A DNA stretch of 64,000 bases from a virus (taxonomy: Duplodnaviria > Heunggongvirae > Uroviricota > Caudoviricetes), in the IMG/VR virus record IMGVR_UViG_3300048998_000119, positions 13,214 through 77,213 of that record. One strand, 5' to 3'. Positions 37,942-46,517 of this stretch are shown here, piece after piece. The notes beneath the pieces are model-generated. The model was not told the DNA's origin and ran no database searches. It saw nothing but the letters and a program-made list of their open reading frames with translations. A program made the position numbers and the translations under genes. How positions within the stretch are numbered: position 1 is the first letter of the stretch; the number at the start of each line of letters is the position of its first letter.

Positions 37942-38295
37942 TCAGTTAGTTTCGTGGCTTACCCGAATGATTTCTCGCACGATGACGCACGAGTCGACAA
38001 TCCATTTCGGAATAAAGTAGCAAGGACCACCGGCGTCATTTGTCGCGATAAAGAAGACGGCGTGGTCACCGTGCATTTCTGCCGCGTCCAATGGAGCCAC
38101 AGTGTCGGCGGCTGTACCACCCGACTCGTAATCCACAGTGATCTCCGTCAAATCTGTGACCTGCTCTACCAAGTACACGTCGCCACCCAACAGTGCGTCG
38201 AAGGCTCCGTGTTCTCCGTTCAGAACAAAATCGAGGTGATTCCGAACGTCCTTGGGCATTGCCTCATAGTCGTTGGTCGTTTTGAAAGTCTTCAT
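37942..38295 (-). CDS. hypothetical protein (117 aa)
   Basis: ORF track. Confidence 0.4.
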   Translation of the reverse strand: MKTFKTTNDYEAMPKDVRNHLDFVLNGEHGAFDALLGGDVYLVEQVTDLTEITVDYESGGTAADTVAPLDAAEMHGDHAVFFIATNDAGGPCYFIPKWIVDSCVIVREIIRVSHETN

Positions 38296-38304
38296 TTCAT
38301 TCTC

Positions 38305-40596
38305 CTAGACAAAGCAATATTCTGAATCCAGAACAGCCCTGATGTCCAACGTGCCGTAAACTATTTCCGACGCGTCACCCTGGATGTCCTTCATCAGATT
38401 TTGAAGTGGATCCGTCTGATACAGTTCCACAAACGTTTCTCGCACAATCCTGAACAAGTCAGGCATGTCGGCCAACAGACAACCGAAACTGTCGTGAATG
38501 GTCGTGACTGCAAACGGAGCCTTGTCCACAGTCATCGCGAGGTGAGCGGCGTCCAGAGAGTGAATACAGTTTGGACTTGCACCCGAAGCCTGCTTACCCT
38601 TTGAATGCTCAGTGTCTTCGATGAACGAAATGTTCAGCTGCAGCGTATTCTGATAGTAGCCGCTGAGCTTTCTCTCACCCAACGGAGGACCGTACTGGAT
38701 CCACCGCTTTTTGACTTTACCTTGGGTGTAGTGCTGGACGACCGGGAAGTTTGTTACGGGAACAGTCCAGCTCAAGAACCGCCCCTCCTCCTCAGCCTTA
38801 CGTCCGGCTTTCTCGAAGATCGACAGTAGCTGCATAGGCTTGGTGAGTGACAACTGAGCTGCCTCAAAGATGAGACGACCCATGTACGCACCCCACTTAT
38901 GTTCCATATACAGCAATAGTTCGATGCCGTGCTTCTTGGCGTCGTCTATCACCTGCTGTCCGAGTCCGTACGCGGTGCCGCCATACGGCAGTGTCATCAC
39001 ACCACGTTTCATCACCTTACGCCTGTCCTTGGCGCTGGTGAGTCTAGACCAGAAGACAGTAGAGGCGTCGTTGTTCAACTCCACATTGTCTTCTTTATAC
39101 GCTTTGATCTGTTCAACCAATTCCGCCCTACGGTCGCTGCTTGGTTCAGCCGCCGTGATTTGTTTCTTCAGTTCAATCAGATTGTCGATGAAGCGATTAA
39201 TCTCGTTCAGTCGCTCCTTGCTGAAGTCCGTCAGTCGGTCGACGATGATTCCCCAGACATAATCCGCCACAAAGCGATAGAGATCGCCCGGAAGCTCAAG
39301 CGGAACCAGATTCACGTGTGGCGCCGTGGTCTCGTCTCTGACCAACGCAGTCAGATGCTGTGAACCATTGTTAGAGCCGTCGATGAAACATTCCAGCGAA
39401 GATTCATAATCCGTTGGATCGCCGTGCTCAAGCGCTTTCCTCAACTCCAAACAAGCCGCCAAGAACTGCCACGGCTTATCTGCGTCCATCCACCCTTGAT
39501 TTACTTTAGGGGATTCGGCGTAAGATAAAATGATTTCAATGTTGTCTCGTGTCCAGGCTTCTCTGGCGTCGAGCGGGATTTTATCTGTCTTAAGACCATC
39601 GTCTCTGCCGGAGTTTCCGGCCCACGTAGAAGCGATGCTAATAAGTAGCCATCGGAATCCGGCCTCTCCGATAGACTTTGAATCGCTCCGGAGTAGGAGT
39701 CCGCGAGCGACGTCAGTGCCTTGTTCATGGAGATACGCTGTTGTGGGGTATTTGCGACCTCTAAAGTCATAATAATATAGATGATAAAACTCCTTGTCCA
39801 AGAAGCGTTTCGCCATACCGCTGATGGCTCGGGCTTCACGAAGTTTTGTTTGACGAGCCTGGGGGTTGCGTTGTTCCCAGATGTCGCTGAAGGCGTTTGT
39901 CTTGTTTCTCAACGCCCACAGCTGAAGTTCGTAAACCTCTTTGTTCACACGCCAACCGACTCGCTGCGCTTTGTTGATGCAGTTAAACAGAATCGGATGG
40001 GTGTCGGGCTGAACTGCGGCGAAGACTTCCTTGTTGCCGGTCTTGATCATGTAGTTGCCGGTCTCGTGCCTGGAGGCGATCCAAGGCGCGTACGCTGTTT
40101 CAGAAGGAAGCTTTTCTATGCGTTCATTAGGGATACTTTCCCAGAGAGCGATGATGCCCTCTTCGTTGTTGATCTGAATCATATATGCGTTGTGGTTCTT
40201 GTTACCTTGACCCAGCAACACCGTTAACAACTGCAGTTGTTCAAAGCTGAAGACGAAGAACGCGCCCACCTTAGCCGCCAAGGAAGAGTCGCGTTTGATC
40301 TTGTTTTTGTTCAGAATGTTGTGACCGATGGCGGCGATCACTTCTGTTAGATACACAGTCTTGTTCACACCCTTCTTCATACGGGTGTACAAGTACAAAG
40401 TAGTTATGGCTGCGTCGATACAACCCTCCAGGTCCACATCGCGCAGGAATATAAGAGGACTCTGCGGTGCGATCTCTCGCATAATGCGGTCATAGAGAAG
40501 TTGTTTCAGTTCTGATCTCATCCAAATAATATCCATGACAGAAGATCTAGACCGAAGTATAAGACTAGGAGTACGGCGACGACATACGAAGTGCAA
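38305..40596 (-). CDS. single-subunit DNA-dependent RNA polymerase (T7-like)
   Basis: motif A FIDGSNNGSQHLTAL, motif B RRKVMKRGVMTLPYGGTAYGLGQQV, motif C IHDSFGC; true start may be ATG at ~40536. Confidence 0.8.
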   Translation of the reverse strand: MHFVCRRRTPSLILRSRSSVMDIIWMRSELKQLLYDRIMREIAPQSPLIFLRDVDLEGCIDAAITTLYLYTRMKKGVNKTVYLTEVIAAIGHNILNKNKIKRDSSLAAKVGAFFVFSFEQLQLLTVLLGQGNKNHNAYMIQINNEEGIIALWESIPNERIEKLPSETAYAPWIASRHETGNYMIKTGNKEVFAAVQPDTHPILFNCINKAQRVGWRVNKEVYELQLWALRNKTNAFSDIWEQRNPQARQTKLREARAISGMAKRFLDKEFYHLYYYDFRGRKYPTTAYLHEQGTDVARGLLLRSDSKSIGEAGFRWLLISIASTWAGNSGRDDGLKTDKIPLDAREAWTRDNIEIILSYAESPKVNQGWMDADKPWQFLAACLELRKALEHGDPTDYESSLECFIDGSNNGSQHLTALVRDETTAPHVNLVPLELPGDLYRFVADYVWGIIVDRLTDFSKERLNEINRFIDNLIELKKQITAAEPSSDRRAELVEQIKAYKEDNVELNNDASTVFWSRLTSAKDRRKVMKRGVMTLPYGGTAYGLGQQVIDDAKKHGIELLLYMEHKWGAYMGRLIFEAAQLSLTKPMQLLSIFEKAGRKAEEEGRFLSWTVPVTNFPVVQHYTQGKVKKRWIQYGPPLGERKLSGYYQNTLQLNISFIEDTEHSKGKQASGASPNCIHSLDAAHLAMTVDKAPFAVTTIHDSFGCLLADMPDLFRIVRETFVELYQTDPLQNLMKDIQGDASEIVYGTLDIRAVLDSEYCFV

Positions 40597-40652
40597 ACAC
40601 TTAGAAGGTAGAACCAGAAATACACTAGGTATGCCAATCGTGCGCCCATAAC

Positions 40653-40949
40653 TTATCCTATCTTATTGAGCTCACTCCAGAGCTTTTCCAATTTTGCCTG
40701 ATTCAGATCCCTCTGATCGGGCGACACTCCGGCGATGTTCTCGTCCAGAATGTCATTCACTTCTTTTTGTTTTCTGCTGATTACTTGCTGATCTTTTTTC
40801 GCGGTCCTGACCTGGGCGAGTCCGTCGGCGATGTCCAAGAAGTCTTTAAAGGGGAGCATACCTCGTAACAGAGCACTTATAAAACCGGTCAAGGAATTCT
40901 TGCGCTGCTTTTTCCGGGGACCAGAGGGCGAAGGGAATGTCGATGTCAT
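40653..40949 (-). CDS. hypothetical protein (98 aa)
   Basis: ORF track. Confidence 0.35.
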   Translation of the reverse strand: MTSTFPSPSGPRKKQRKNSLTGFISALLRGMLPFKDFLDIADGLAQVRTAKKDQQVISRKQKEVNDILDENIAGVSPDQRDLNQAKLEKLWSELNKIG

Positions 40950-41379
40950 AGACTCTCTCGATGTCGGGGTAAAGGAACGTCTCCTCCTGATGGAACAGAA
41001 GGTTGTCGACCAGCTTAAACGTCATTTCGTCCGGTTCTTCGAACGCGAAACGATACTCCATATCTCGCATGATACGATGCTCAGTTGCCTTAAAGGAATC
41101 AGCGTCCCTTTTAAGAGGCGTGATGAGATCACCCATAACAAACTCAGGAGCATCGTGCAGGAGAGCACCTTTACGATTACGAGGATACAAGTCATGAGCA
41201 TGACAGCAGTGCTCCGCCACAGAGTAATGATGGACGACGTGGTCGCCGAAACGACACTTCTTGCCGAGCATTTCCGCGACGAATTCAATGTCGTAGATCG
41301 CAGTTTCAGGCTTTGCGAAGTCGAAGATGTGATTGTTCATCATTCGTAGACCGTTGCTGAACTTGACGCTTTCTTGCAC
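40846..41379 (-). CDS. HD-domain phosphohydrolase (YfbR-like 5'-deoxynucleotidase)
   Basis: YSVAEHCCHAHDL ... ALLHDAPEFVMGDLITP; GTG start after GGAGG. Confidence 0.65.
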   Translation of the reverse strand: MQESVKFSNGLRMMNNHIFDFAKPETAIYDIEFVAEMLGKKCRFGDHVVHHYSVAEHCCHAHDLYPRNRKGALLHDAPEFVMGDLITPLKRDADSFKATEHRIMRDMEYRFAFEEPDEMTFKLVDNLLFHQEETFLYPDIERVYDIDIPFALWSPEKAAQEFLDRFYKCSVTRYAPL

Positions 41380-41391
41380 GTGGACCTCCGG

Positions 41392-41470
41392 AAAAAAAAA
41401 AAAAAATAGTGAGTTATGGTTCAGAAGAAGGACACCCCAGAGAAACGCCCGAAGGCGTCTCCCTGAGGTG
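41392..41470 (-). promoter_or_regulatory. 14-bp hairpin (with G-U pairs) followed 30 nt later by T16 immediately upstream of the HD-gene RBS
   Basis: minus strand: CTCAGGGAGACGCC-ttcg-GGCGTTTCTCTGGG ... T16 CCGGAGGTCCACGTG. Confidence 0.35.
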
Positions 41471-41482
41471 AACCCTAATCCA

Positions 41483-41728
41483 TTACTGGATAGGGGTGAG
41501 CGTACCGTTTGCTTCTTCGCGATACGAAACGCCGTCGACGACCTTGACGTTGTCCTTGGCCTTCGCCGTCATCGACATGATGTCGTTGCGCTCGCTTTCG
41601 GACATGTTGCAGGTCTTCTGATTGTTGTCGAGGTCGAAGGAGCAGGAGGTCGTCTCCGAGCGCGGCAGACCGTGGCAGGCCGAAACCGAGAGAGCGACAA
41701 AGGCGATGGCGATGAGCTTGGTCTTCAT
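41483..41728 (-). CDS. small lipoprotein (~81 aa)
   Basis: MKTKLIAIAFVALSVSAC lipobox. Confidence 0.4.
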   Translation of the reverse strand: MKTKLIAIAFVALSVSACHGLPRSETTSCSFDLDNNQKTCNMSESERNDIMSMTAKAKDNVKVVDGVSYREEANGTLTPIQ

Positions 41729-41741
41729 GGGATGTCTTCCT

Positions 41742-42065
41742 TTAAGAGATAGAGGCTGCGATGATACGCTCTTCGTCGTGGAACGCAACCAAATCCACGA
41801 TGGCCGAGTTGATCGCCTTCATCTGAAGATCCAGATGAGGAAAGAGACGATCAAGGTCGGTGAGTGCCACTTCGAGTTCTCGGCGTTCGCCGGACCACGA
41901 CTCTATTTCGGTGAGCCGAGCCTTGACGGCGTCGGCGAGCGCCTTGGTCATGTCCATCTGACGCGCCATAGTGCGGAGATAGCCGATGAGGTGATTGAAC
42001 ACATCGGCCTTGTTGAAGAACTTGTCGGCTCTGGACAGTTCTTTGAGGATCTGTTCGCGGTCCAT
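41742..42065 (-). CDS. hypothetical protein (107 aa)
   Basis: ORF track. Confidence 0.4.
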   Translation of the reverse strand: MDREQILKELSRADKFFNKADVFNHLIGYLRTMARQMDMTKALADAVKARLTEIESWSGERRELEVALTDLDRLFPHLDLQMKAINSAIVDLVAFHDEERIIAASIS

Positions 42066-42243
42066 TAGAACTTAGCTCCACGAGCCATAGCCTGACGGCG
42101 AGCCTCGCCCTTCTTGGCCGACTTTTCTTTGCTGACGACGCCCGGATACTTGGGAGCCGCGTTCGCGCCGTAGATGTTGGCCAGGCCCTTGAAGCCCAGC
42201 TTGTACTGACGACGACGACGTGCTGCGGTGCGTGCTACCGACA
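42064..42243 (-). CDS. small basic protein (59 aa)
   Basis: own translation MSVARTAARRRRQYKLGFKGLANIYGANAAPKYPGVVSKEKSAKKGEARRQAMARGAKF; GGAGAAGAGAAA RBS. Confidence 0.35.
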
Positions 42244-42396
42244 TTTTCTCTTCTCCGATATGTCACTAACGTGTGAACTTATTTGGTTGCTGCGTTGAAG
42301 TCTTCGACGGCCTTCTTGGCCTTCTGAAGTGCGGTGTCGACGTCGTGGGTCTGGTGATAGACCTGTGCGAAGACGCGATTGTAGATCTGTGCAAGA

Positions 42397-42582
42397 TCAG
42401 CCACGCTTGAGATACTCCTGGCGCGACAGCTTGAGCCGCCATCCGTTCTGGAAGACGACGGACTTGTGCGGACGCAACCAGTAATCGATGCTGCCGAAGA
42501 CGACGTGTTCTTCAAACAGACAGATGCACACGGCGGTGCACAGAAGCAAGATGCCACTGACGAGAAGTATTCCCACAGTCAT
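42397..42582 (-). CDS. small membrane protein (61 aa)
   Basis: TM helix GILLVSGILLLCTAVCICLF; AAGGAG RBS; preceded by conserved 32-nt element. Confidence 0.4.
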   Translation of the reverse strand: MTVGILLVSGILLLCTAVCICLFEEHVVFGSIDYWLRPHKSVVFQNGWRLKLSRQEYLKRG

Positions 42583-42600
42583 TTCTCCTTTTGAGGTTCT

Positions 42601-42632
42601 CTCATATAAGATACCTCTTTTTCCGCGTTTTC
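42601..42632 (-). promoter_or_regulatory. conserved 32-nt element copy 1 (minus-strand sense GAAAACGCGGAAAAAGAGGTATCTTATATGAG)
   Basis: near-identical copies at 44270-44300 and 50721-50752. Confidence 0.6.
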
Positions 42633-42859
42633 TTTCGGTGGTTTCGGCGCATACCGCTTACGCCACCGATAGGACGACTGCTGAGAATTATTGGACAAAG
42701 CTGCTGGTGGGCTTGCGACCCAGCAACGTGTCGGCCTCGTTCTGCACCTTGACGGTGTTGTAGAGTTTACCGGCAGCGTTGGCGTGTGCATCCAACATCT
42801 TCACGTCGATTTTACCCAAGTCAAGATCCTGCATACGCTCCGCCAAGAACGCGGCGACA

Positions 42860-43474
42860 TCATCGAGCTTTTTCATTATATAGTTTCCTTCTAACCGCTA
42901 GTAATTGACGTTTTAATTCTATGAATGCAGTAGGCACGTCCTTTTTACTGTTTAAATTTAGATCGGTACAAATCCTACGTTCAACATAGGTATCGGCAAG
43001 AAATAGACGTTCTAAAGAGGAACGATATTCTGTACGGGCAGCGGTGTCCCTCCCTCTCTCGTTACGTCTCGCACAACCACGTCGAGCACGTCGTAATCTG
43101 ACAATGTCAGCCGTGTACCGTCCGTAGCAGCTAATACACAAAGTTGTGTAGTTATATCGTGGTACTGTTGCCCACGTGCAATGACAGTGATCGCAACGAG
43201 GTCTAGGCGGAGTTTCATGGACGGGTGGTTTATAGTCTACACGCTTGGCTCGACATTTACGCACCACTTCTTTTCTCACTTCGGGTCCGCAATCTCGACA
43301 ATAAAATACATGCGAAGGCCCTTCAGCAATTGATATATTGCAACGCTTGCATTTACGAGCTAATCGTCTCTTTTCACTCCTCTCATTTTGAAAACATGTT
43401 CTACAACGACTTGTGCAAGTCTTATAGAACATGGTGACATCTTCTGTGCGACAGAAGACACAGCTGTACTTCAC
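42860..43474 (-). CDS. Cys-rich multi-zinc-ribbon protein (204 aa)
   Basis: >20 Cys in CxxC pairs. Confidence 0.45.
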   Translation of the reverse strand: MKYSCVFCRTEDVTMFYKTCTSRCRTCFQNERSEKRRLARKCKRCNISIAEGPSHVFYCRDCGPEVRKEVVRKCRAKRVDYKPPVHETPPRPRCDHCHCTWATVPRYNYTTLCISCYGRYTADIVRLRRARRGCARRNERGRDTAARTEYRSSLERLFLADTYVERRICTDLNLNSKKDVPTAFIELKRQLLAVRRKLYNEKAR

Positions 43475-44256
43475 TTAATATTGACGAGCGACCCGCCGGT
43501 GCCCTGGACGAACGTGCAGTTCTTGTTTCCGCAGACGGATTTCAGCGTGTCCAACGTGCGAAGCTGAACGAACTGATCTGCATTCAGACCCAGACCATTC
43601 TGGTAGGCTCGATCCGCTTCGGCGCGCTTGGCTTCTGCGTTTTTGCGCTGCTCTTCAGCCAACACAGTCTTCTGCATCGTCAGCACACGCTGTTCCTGAG
43701 AAGCCGTGGCGATGCGCTGATCCTTCACAGAATCAGGCGGATTTGCCCGACCAATAGTGAACCGAACGAGTCGCACAGGGAACTTGTTCCGGGCGAAGTA
43801 CTGTTCCAGCCGTTCCGAAACTTCGGCATCGATCGAGGCTGCGGCGGTAGTGCTGATGGCCGTCTCGTTCAGACCATGCTTCTTGACGGCGTCGCGGATG
43901 TACGACAGCAGTTCGGTGCTGATGTTGTTGTCGTACCAGTTCGAGCCATAACGCTTGACGAGCGCGACCGAGTCGGTGACCTGCGTGACGACAGAAGCGT
44001 CGAAGTCCAGAGGTACACCGTCGCTGGTCATCAGATCGTTTAGCTCAAGCTTGTGCTGCTCCGGCTGCATGTTGACGGTGATCGCACTAGTCGACCAAGC
44101 GACTAGTTCGGTGCCCTTGACGGGAGTGTCGAACACACCGCCCGAGCCGAAGAACCAGGGCTTTGCGTTGAGAACTTTTTCCTCGTTGGGCTCAGTACTC
44201 ACGTAGGAGCAAGCCGAAGTGGCGAACAGAAGCGAGAGAAGAAACATATTTTTCAT
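43471..44256 (-). CDS. SPFH (band-7/HflKC-like) lipoprotein
   Basis: lipobox LLFATSAC; RLVRFTIGRANPPDSV and Ala/Glu/Gln-rich AEEQRKNAEAKRAEADRA tail typical of SPFH C-termini. Confidence 0.5.
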   Translation of the reverse strand: MKNMFLLSLLFATSACSYVSTEPNEEKVLNAKPWFFGSGGVFDTPVKGTELVAWSTSAITVNMQPEQHKLELNDLMTSDGVPLDFDASVVTQVTDSVALVKRYGSNWYDNNISTELLSYIRDAVKKHGLNETAISTTAAASIDAEVSERLEQYFARNKFPVRLVRFTIGRANPPDSVKDQRIATASQEQRVLTMQKTVLAEEQRKNAEAKRAEADRAYQNGLGLNADQFVQLRTLDTLKSVCGNKNCTFVQGTGGSLVNIK

Positions 44257-44269
44257 GATGGAGTCCTTT

Positions 44270-44300
44270 CCATATAAGATACCATTATTTCCGCGTTATC
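44270..44300 (-). promoter_or_regulatory. conserved 32-nt element copy 2
   Basis: GATAACGCGGAAATAATGGTATCTTATATGGAAAG immediately 5' of the SPFH gene. Confidence 0.6.
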
Positions 44301-44604
44301 AATGATCGTAATAACCACGAGCACGTCGTCGGGCAGCTTCCAGAATTCGCTCGGCGCCCGCTTCACCCATAGCCGCATACTCATAGAGTGTCGGTTGAAT
44401 GCCGTTACTGTGAGCAGACAGCTGACTCACCGTGCCGCTGGGCTTGATGGTCTTGACGCGACCTTTGTTACAGATGGTTTGAAAGACTTTCTTCCAACCC
44501 ATTCCGTAACTGAGGCCGAACGCCATATTCTTGGCCACCTTGTCGCCACCGAAGAGGACCAAGGTGAGCGCGGCCAATTTCCAGAAGAAATTCTTCATGC
44601 TCAT
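44299..44604 (-). CDS. hypothetical membrane-associated protein (101 aa)
   Basis: ORF track. Confidence 0.35.
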   Translation of the reverse strand: MSMKNFFWKLAALTLVLFGGDKVAKNMAFGLSYGMGWKKVFQTICNKGRVKTIKPSGTVSQLSAHSNGIQPTLYEYAAMGEAGAERILEAARRRARGYYDH

Positions 44605-44927
44605 ATGTCCTCGACGATTGCGTCGCCCACAGACGCCACGCTGGTCAATTCGAATATACCGATGCGAGGTCTCGACGAACTGACCATCTTTGCAGCCGCG
44701 ACTTGCGCGGACATCTTGTTGGGATACAGAGTTGATGACAGATAGGGAAAGGTGTGCAGCGGGTGATTATCTTTGGTGACACCCAGAATGATGAAGCTCA
44801 TAGTACCTCCGATGAAATCATGACATAGTTTGGACCGGCGTCCTTGAAGGCGGTTTCGGTGAGCACCGCAATGTTGTCACCTTTCAAGGTCACCGTCATT
44901 TTGCCGGGCTTGTTGACCCGAACAAAC

Positions 44928-45371
44928 TTAAATCTTATTCGCACGACGCATCCGTGCCACGCCTCCCAACGCCAGGAAGCCGACGGTCATTGCGCCCCAG
45001 GTGGCCGTCTCCGGGACCGGGGTGATGAGACCCTGCCCGCCGCCGCCGTGCCCAACTCCGCCTCCACCTGGGAAGCCACCGCCTGAGCCTGCACCTCCGC
45101 CGCCCACAAAACCGCCGCCACCGGAGCCGAAACCACCGTAGGAGAACTCGCCGCCAACGCTATCGGGCAGCGGGCAAAGAGCCAGATTACTCTCGATCTT
45201 GATGTCGCGAACTGGAGGCTCGTCGAAGACTTCCTTATGAGCCGTTTGGTTGATGTGGTGTTTGACCACAGCGATGCCGTGATTTATTTTGGCGTGATAG
45301 TGGTGAGTCGCGATTGGAGCCACCACAACGCAAGATAGTAGAACACCTTTGCTGAGCAAGTATTTAAGCAT
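44928..45371 (-). CDS. secreted Gly-rich protein with PEP-CTERM-like C-terminal sorting signal
   Basis: signal peptide; GGFGSGGGGFVGGGGAGSGGGFPGGGGVGHGGGG; C-terminus PVPETATWGAMTVGFLALGGVARMRRANKI. Confidence 0.45.
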   Translation of the reverse strand: MLKYLLSKGVLLSCVVVAPIATHHYHAKINHGIAVVKHHINQTAHKEVFDEPPVRDIKIESNLALCPLPDSVGGEFSYGGFGSGGGGFVGGGGAGSGGGFPGGGGVGHGGGGQGLITPVPETATWGAMTVGFLALGGVARMRRANKI

Positions 45372-45373
45372 GT

Positions 45374-45661
45374 CTAATCCTCTGAAAAGAGTTCCTGCAG
45401 GGTCCGTTCTGGATCCCAGCCAACTTTACGCTTTACTTCTTTCCCGTTGTGCATCAGCACAAGAGTGGGTACACCTCGCACGTCAAAGCGATGTGCCATC
45501 AGTGGTTGCTCGTCGACGTCTGACACCAACAACTCGATGTCATTTCGCTTACGAGCTTCCTCCAACGCGGGTTTCGCGGGCAACGCCCAAGACGCCCAGA
45601 ACAGCAACAACTTGTCGCCGGTGTCCAGGAGATCTTCGTTTGCTTGAGTGAGTTCGATCAT
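45374..45661 (-). CDS. thioredoxin-fold protein lacking the CxxC active site
   Basis: FWASWALPAKP aligns to Trx FWAEWCGPCK; RGVPTLVLMHNGKEVKRKVG aligns to Trx [20 protein letters not shown]. Confidence 0.55.
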   Translation of the reverse strand: MIELTQANEDLLDTGDKLLLFWASWALPAKPALEEARKRNDIELLVSDVDEQPLMAHRFDVRGVPTLVLMHNGKEVKRKVGWDPERTLQELFSED

Positions 45662-46152
45662 CGTTTCACCTTCAGACCAGCGGCGCTGAGTTTGGGCTTG
45701 GGAGCCTCCACAGGCTTTGCCTCTTCAACACTGACGGTCTCGATCAGGTTCTTCTGACCATTCATCTGCTTGGAGGCACCGGAGAGAGCGTCCTGCAGCT
45801 CGACCGCAGTCCAGACTCCTTGGTACTCACCATCCGACACAGTGACTTTGAAGCTGCCGTCCGGACATTCTGAGTCGGGAGCGACAACCTCAATCACCAG
45901 AGCACGTTCTTGACGCAGCAGACGAAGAGAGTCGCCGAGCGCGTTGATCTTGTCGCGATCGCTGAGATCTTCATTCGCCTCAAACTCGGCGTCGATCTTA
46001 ACCTGCAGCAACCACCACTTAGTTCCGCGATAAAGTTCTCTGGCTTCCTCCAGAAGTTCTTTCGCTCGGCTTTTTGTTTTGTGACCGGTGAAGGTTCCGG
46101 CCCTGACGATCGCCCAACCCGCGCCGTCTTTGGGTTTAAGAAACGGGGTCAT
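45658..46152 (-). CDS. hypothetical protein (164 aa)
   Basis: ORF track. Confidence 0.45.
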   Translation of the reverse strand: MTPFLKPKDGAGWAIVRAGTFTGHKTKSRAKELLEEARELYRGTKWWLLQVKIDAEFEANEDLSDRDKINALGDSLRLLRQERALVIEVVAPDSECPDGSFKVTVSDGEYQGVWTAVELQDALSGASKQMNGQKNLIETVSVEEAKPVEAPKPKLSAAGLKVKR

Positions 46153-46517
46153 CGACGATTGGCGCTGGACACAACCAGCTTCCCATCGTGTTTCGTCCGA
46201 ATCTTTTCCATAATGTCCGGCTGCTCGATGCGGCGCAGTTCCCGTTCGAACAACTGTTCGGGCGAGGCGCCTGTGACAGCGAAGTAAGCCGCCAGAGTGG
46301 TCAGCACACCACCGATCTCTTGACTGGTGACGCCGGGAGGTTTGGCGTAGACCTGCTCGATAAGCGCGAGCGCCTGTTCTTTTGTGACGCCTTCAACTTG
46401 ACCGAGTTCGATGCTTTCTTCCAAGAAGCGTAGCACACGCTCCTCGACGTCCATACAACGATTGCCGAAGCAATTGCGAATCCACTTGATTAAGCGGAGA
46501 GGTTGAAAATCAAGCAA
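46149..46517 (-). CDS. MazG-like nucleotide pyrophosphohydrolase
   Basis: RFLEESIELGQ ... EIGGVLTTLAAYFAVTG. Confidence 0.45.
   Translation of the reverse strand: MLDFQPLRLIKWIRNCFGNRCMDVEERVLRFLEESIELGQVEGVTKEQALALIEQVYAKPPGVTSQEIGGVLTTLAAYFAVTGASPEQLFERELRRIEQPDIMEKIRTKHDGKLVVSSANRR

Noticed and set aside
42601-42632. Interpreting the conserved 32-nt element as a sigma70 promoter
   Set aside because: Fixing TTATAT as -10 puts GAAAAC at -35 (3/6 to TTGACA) with no extended -10 TG. I did not adopt this reading as the primary one.
45374-45661. Functional (redox-active) thioredoxin or glutaredoxin
   Set aside because: The protein contains no cysteine at the aligned CxxC position (ALPA), so disulfide exchange is impossible.
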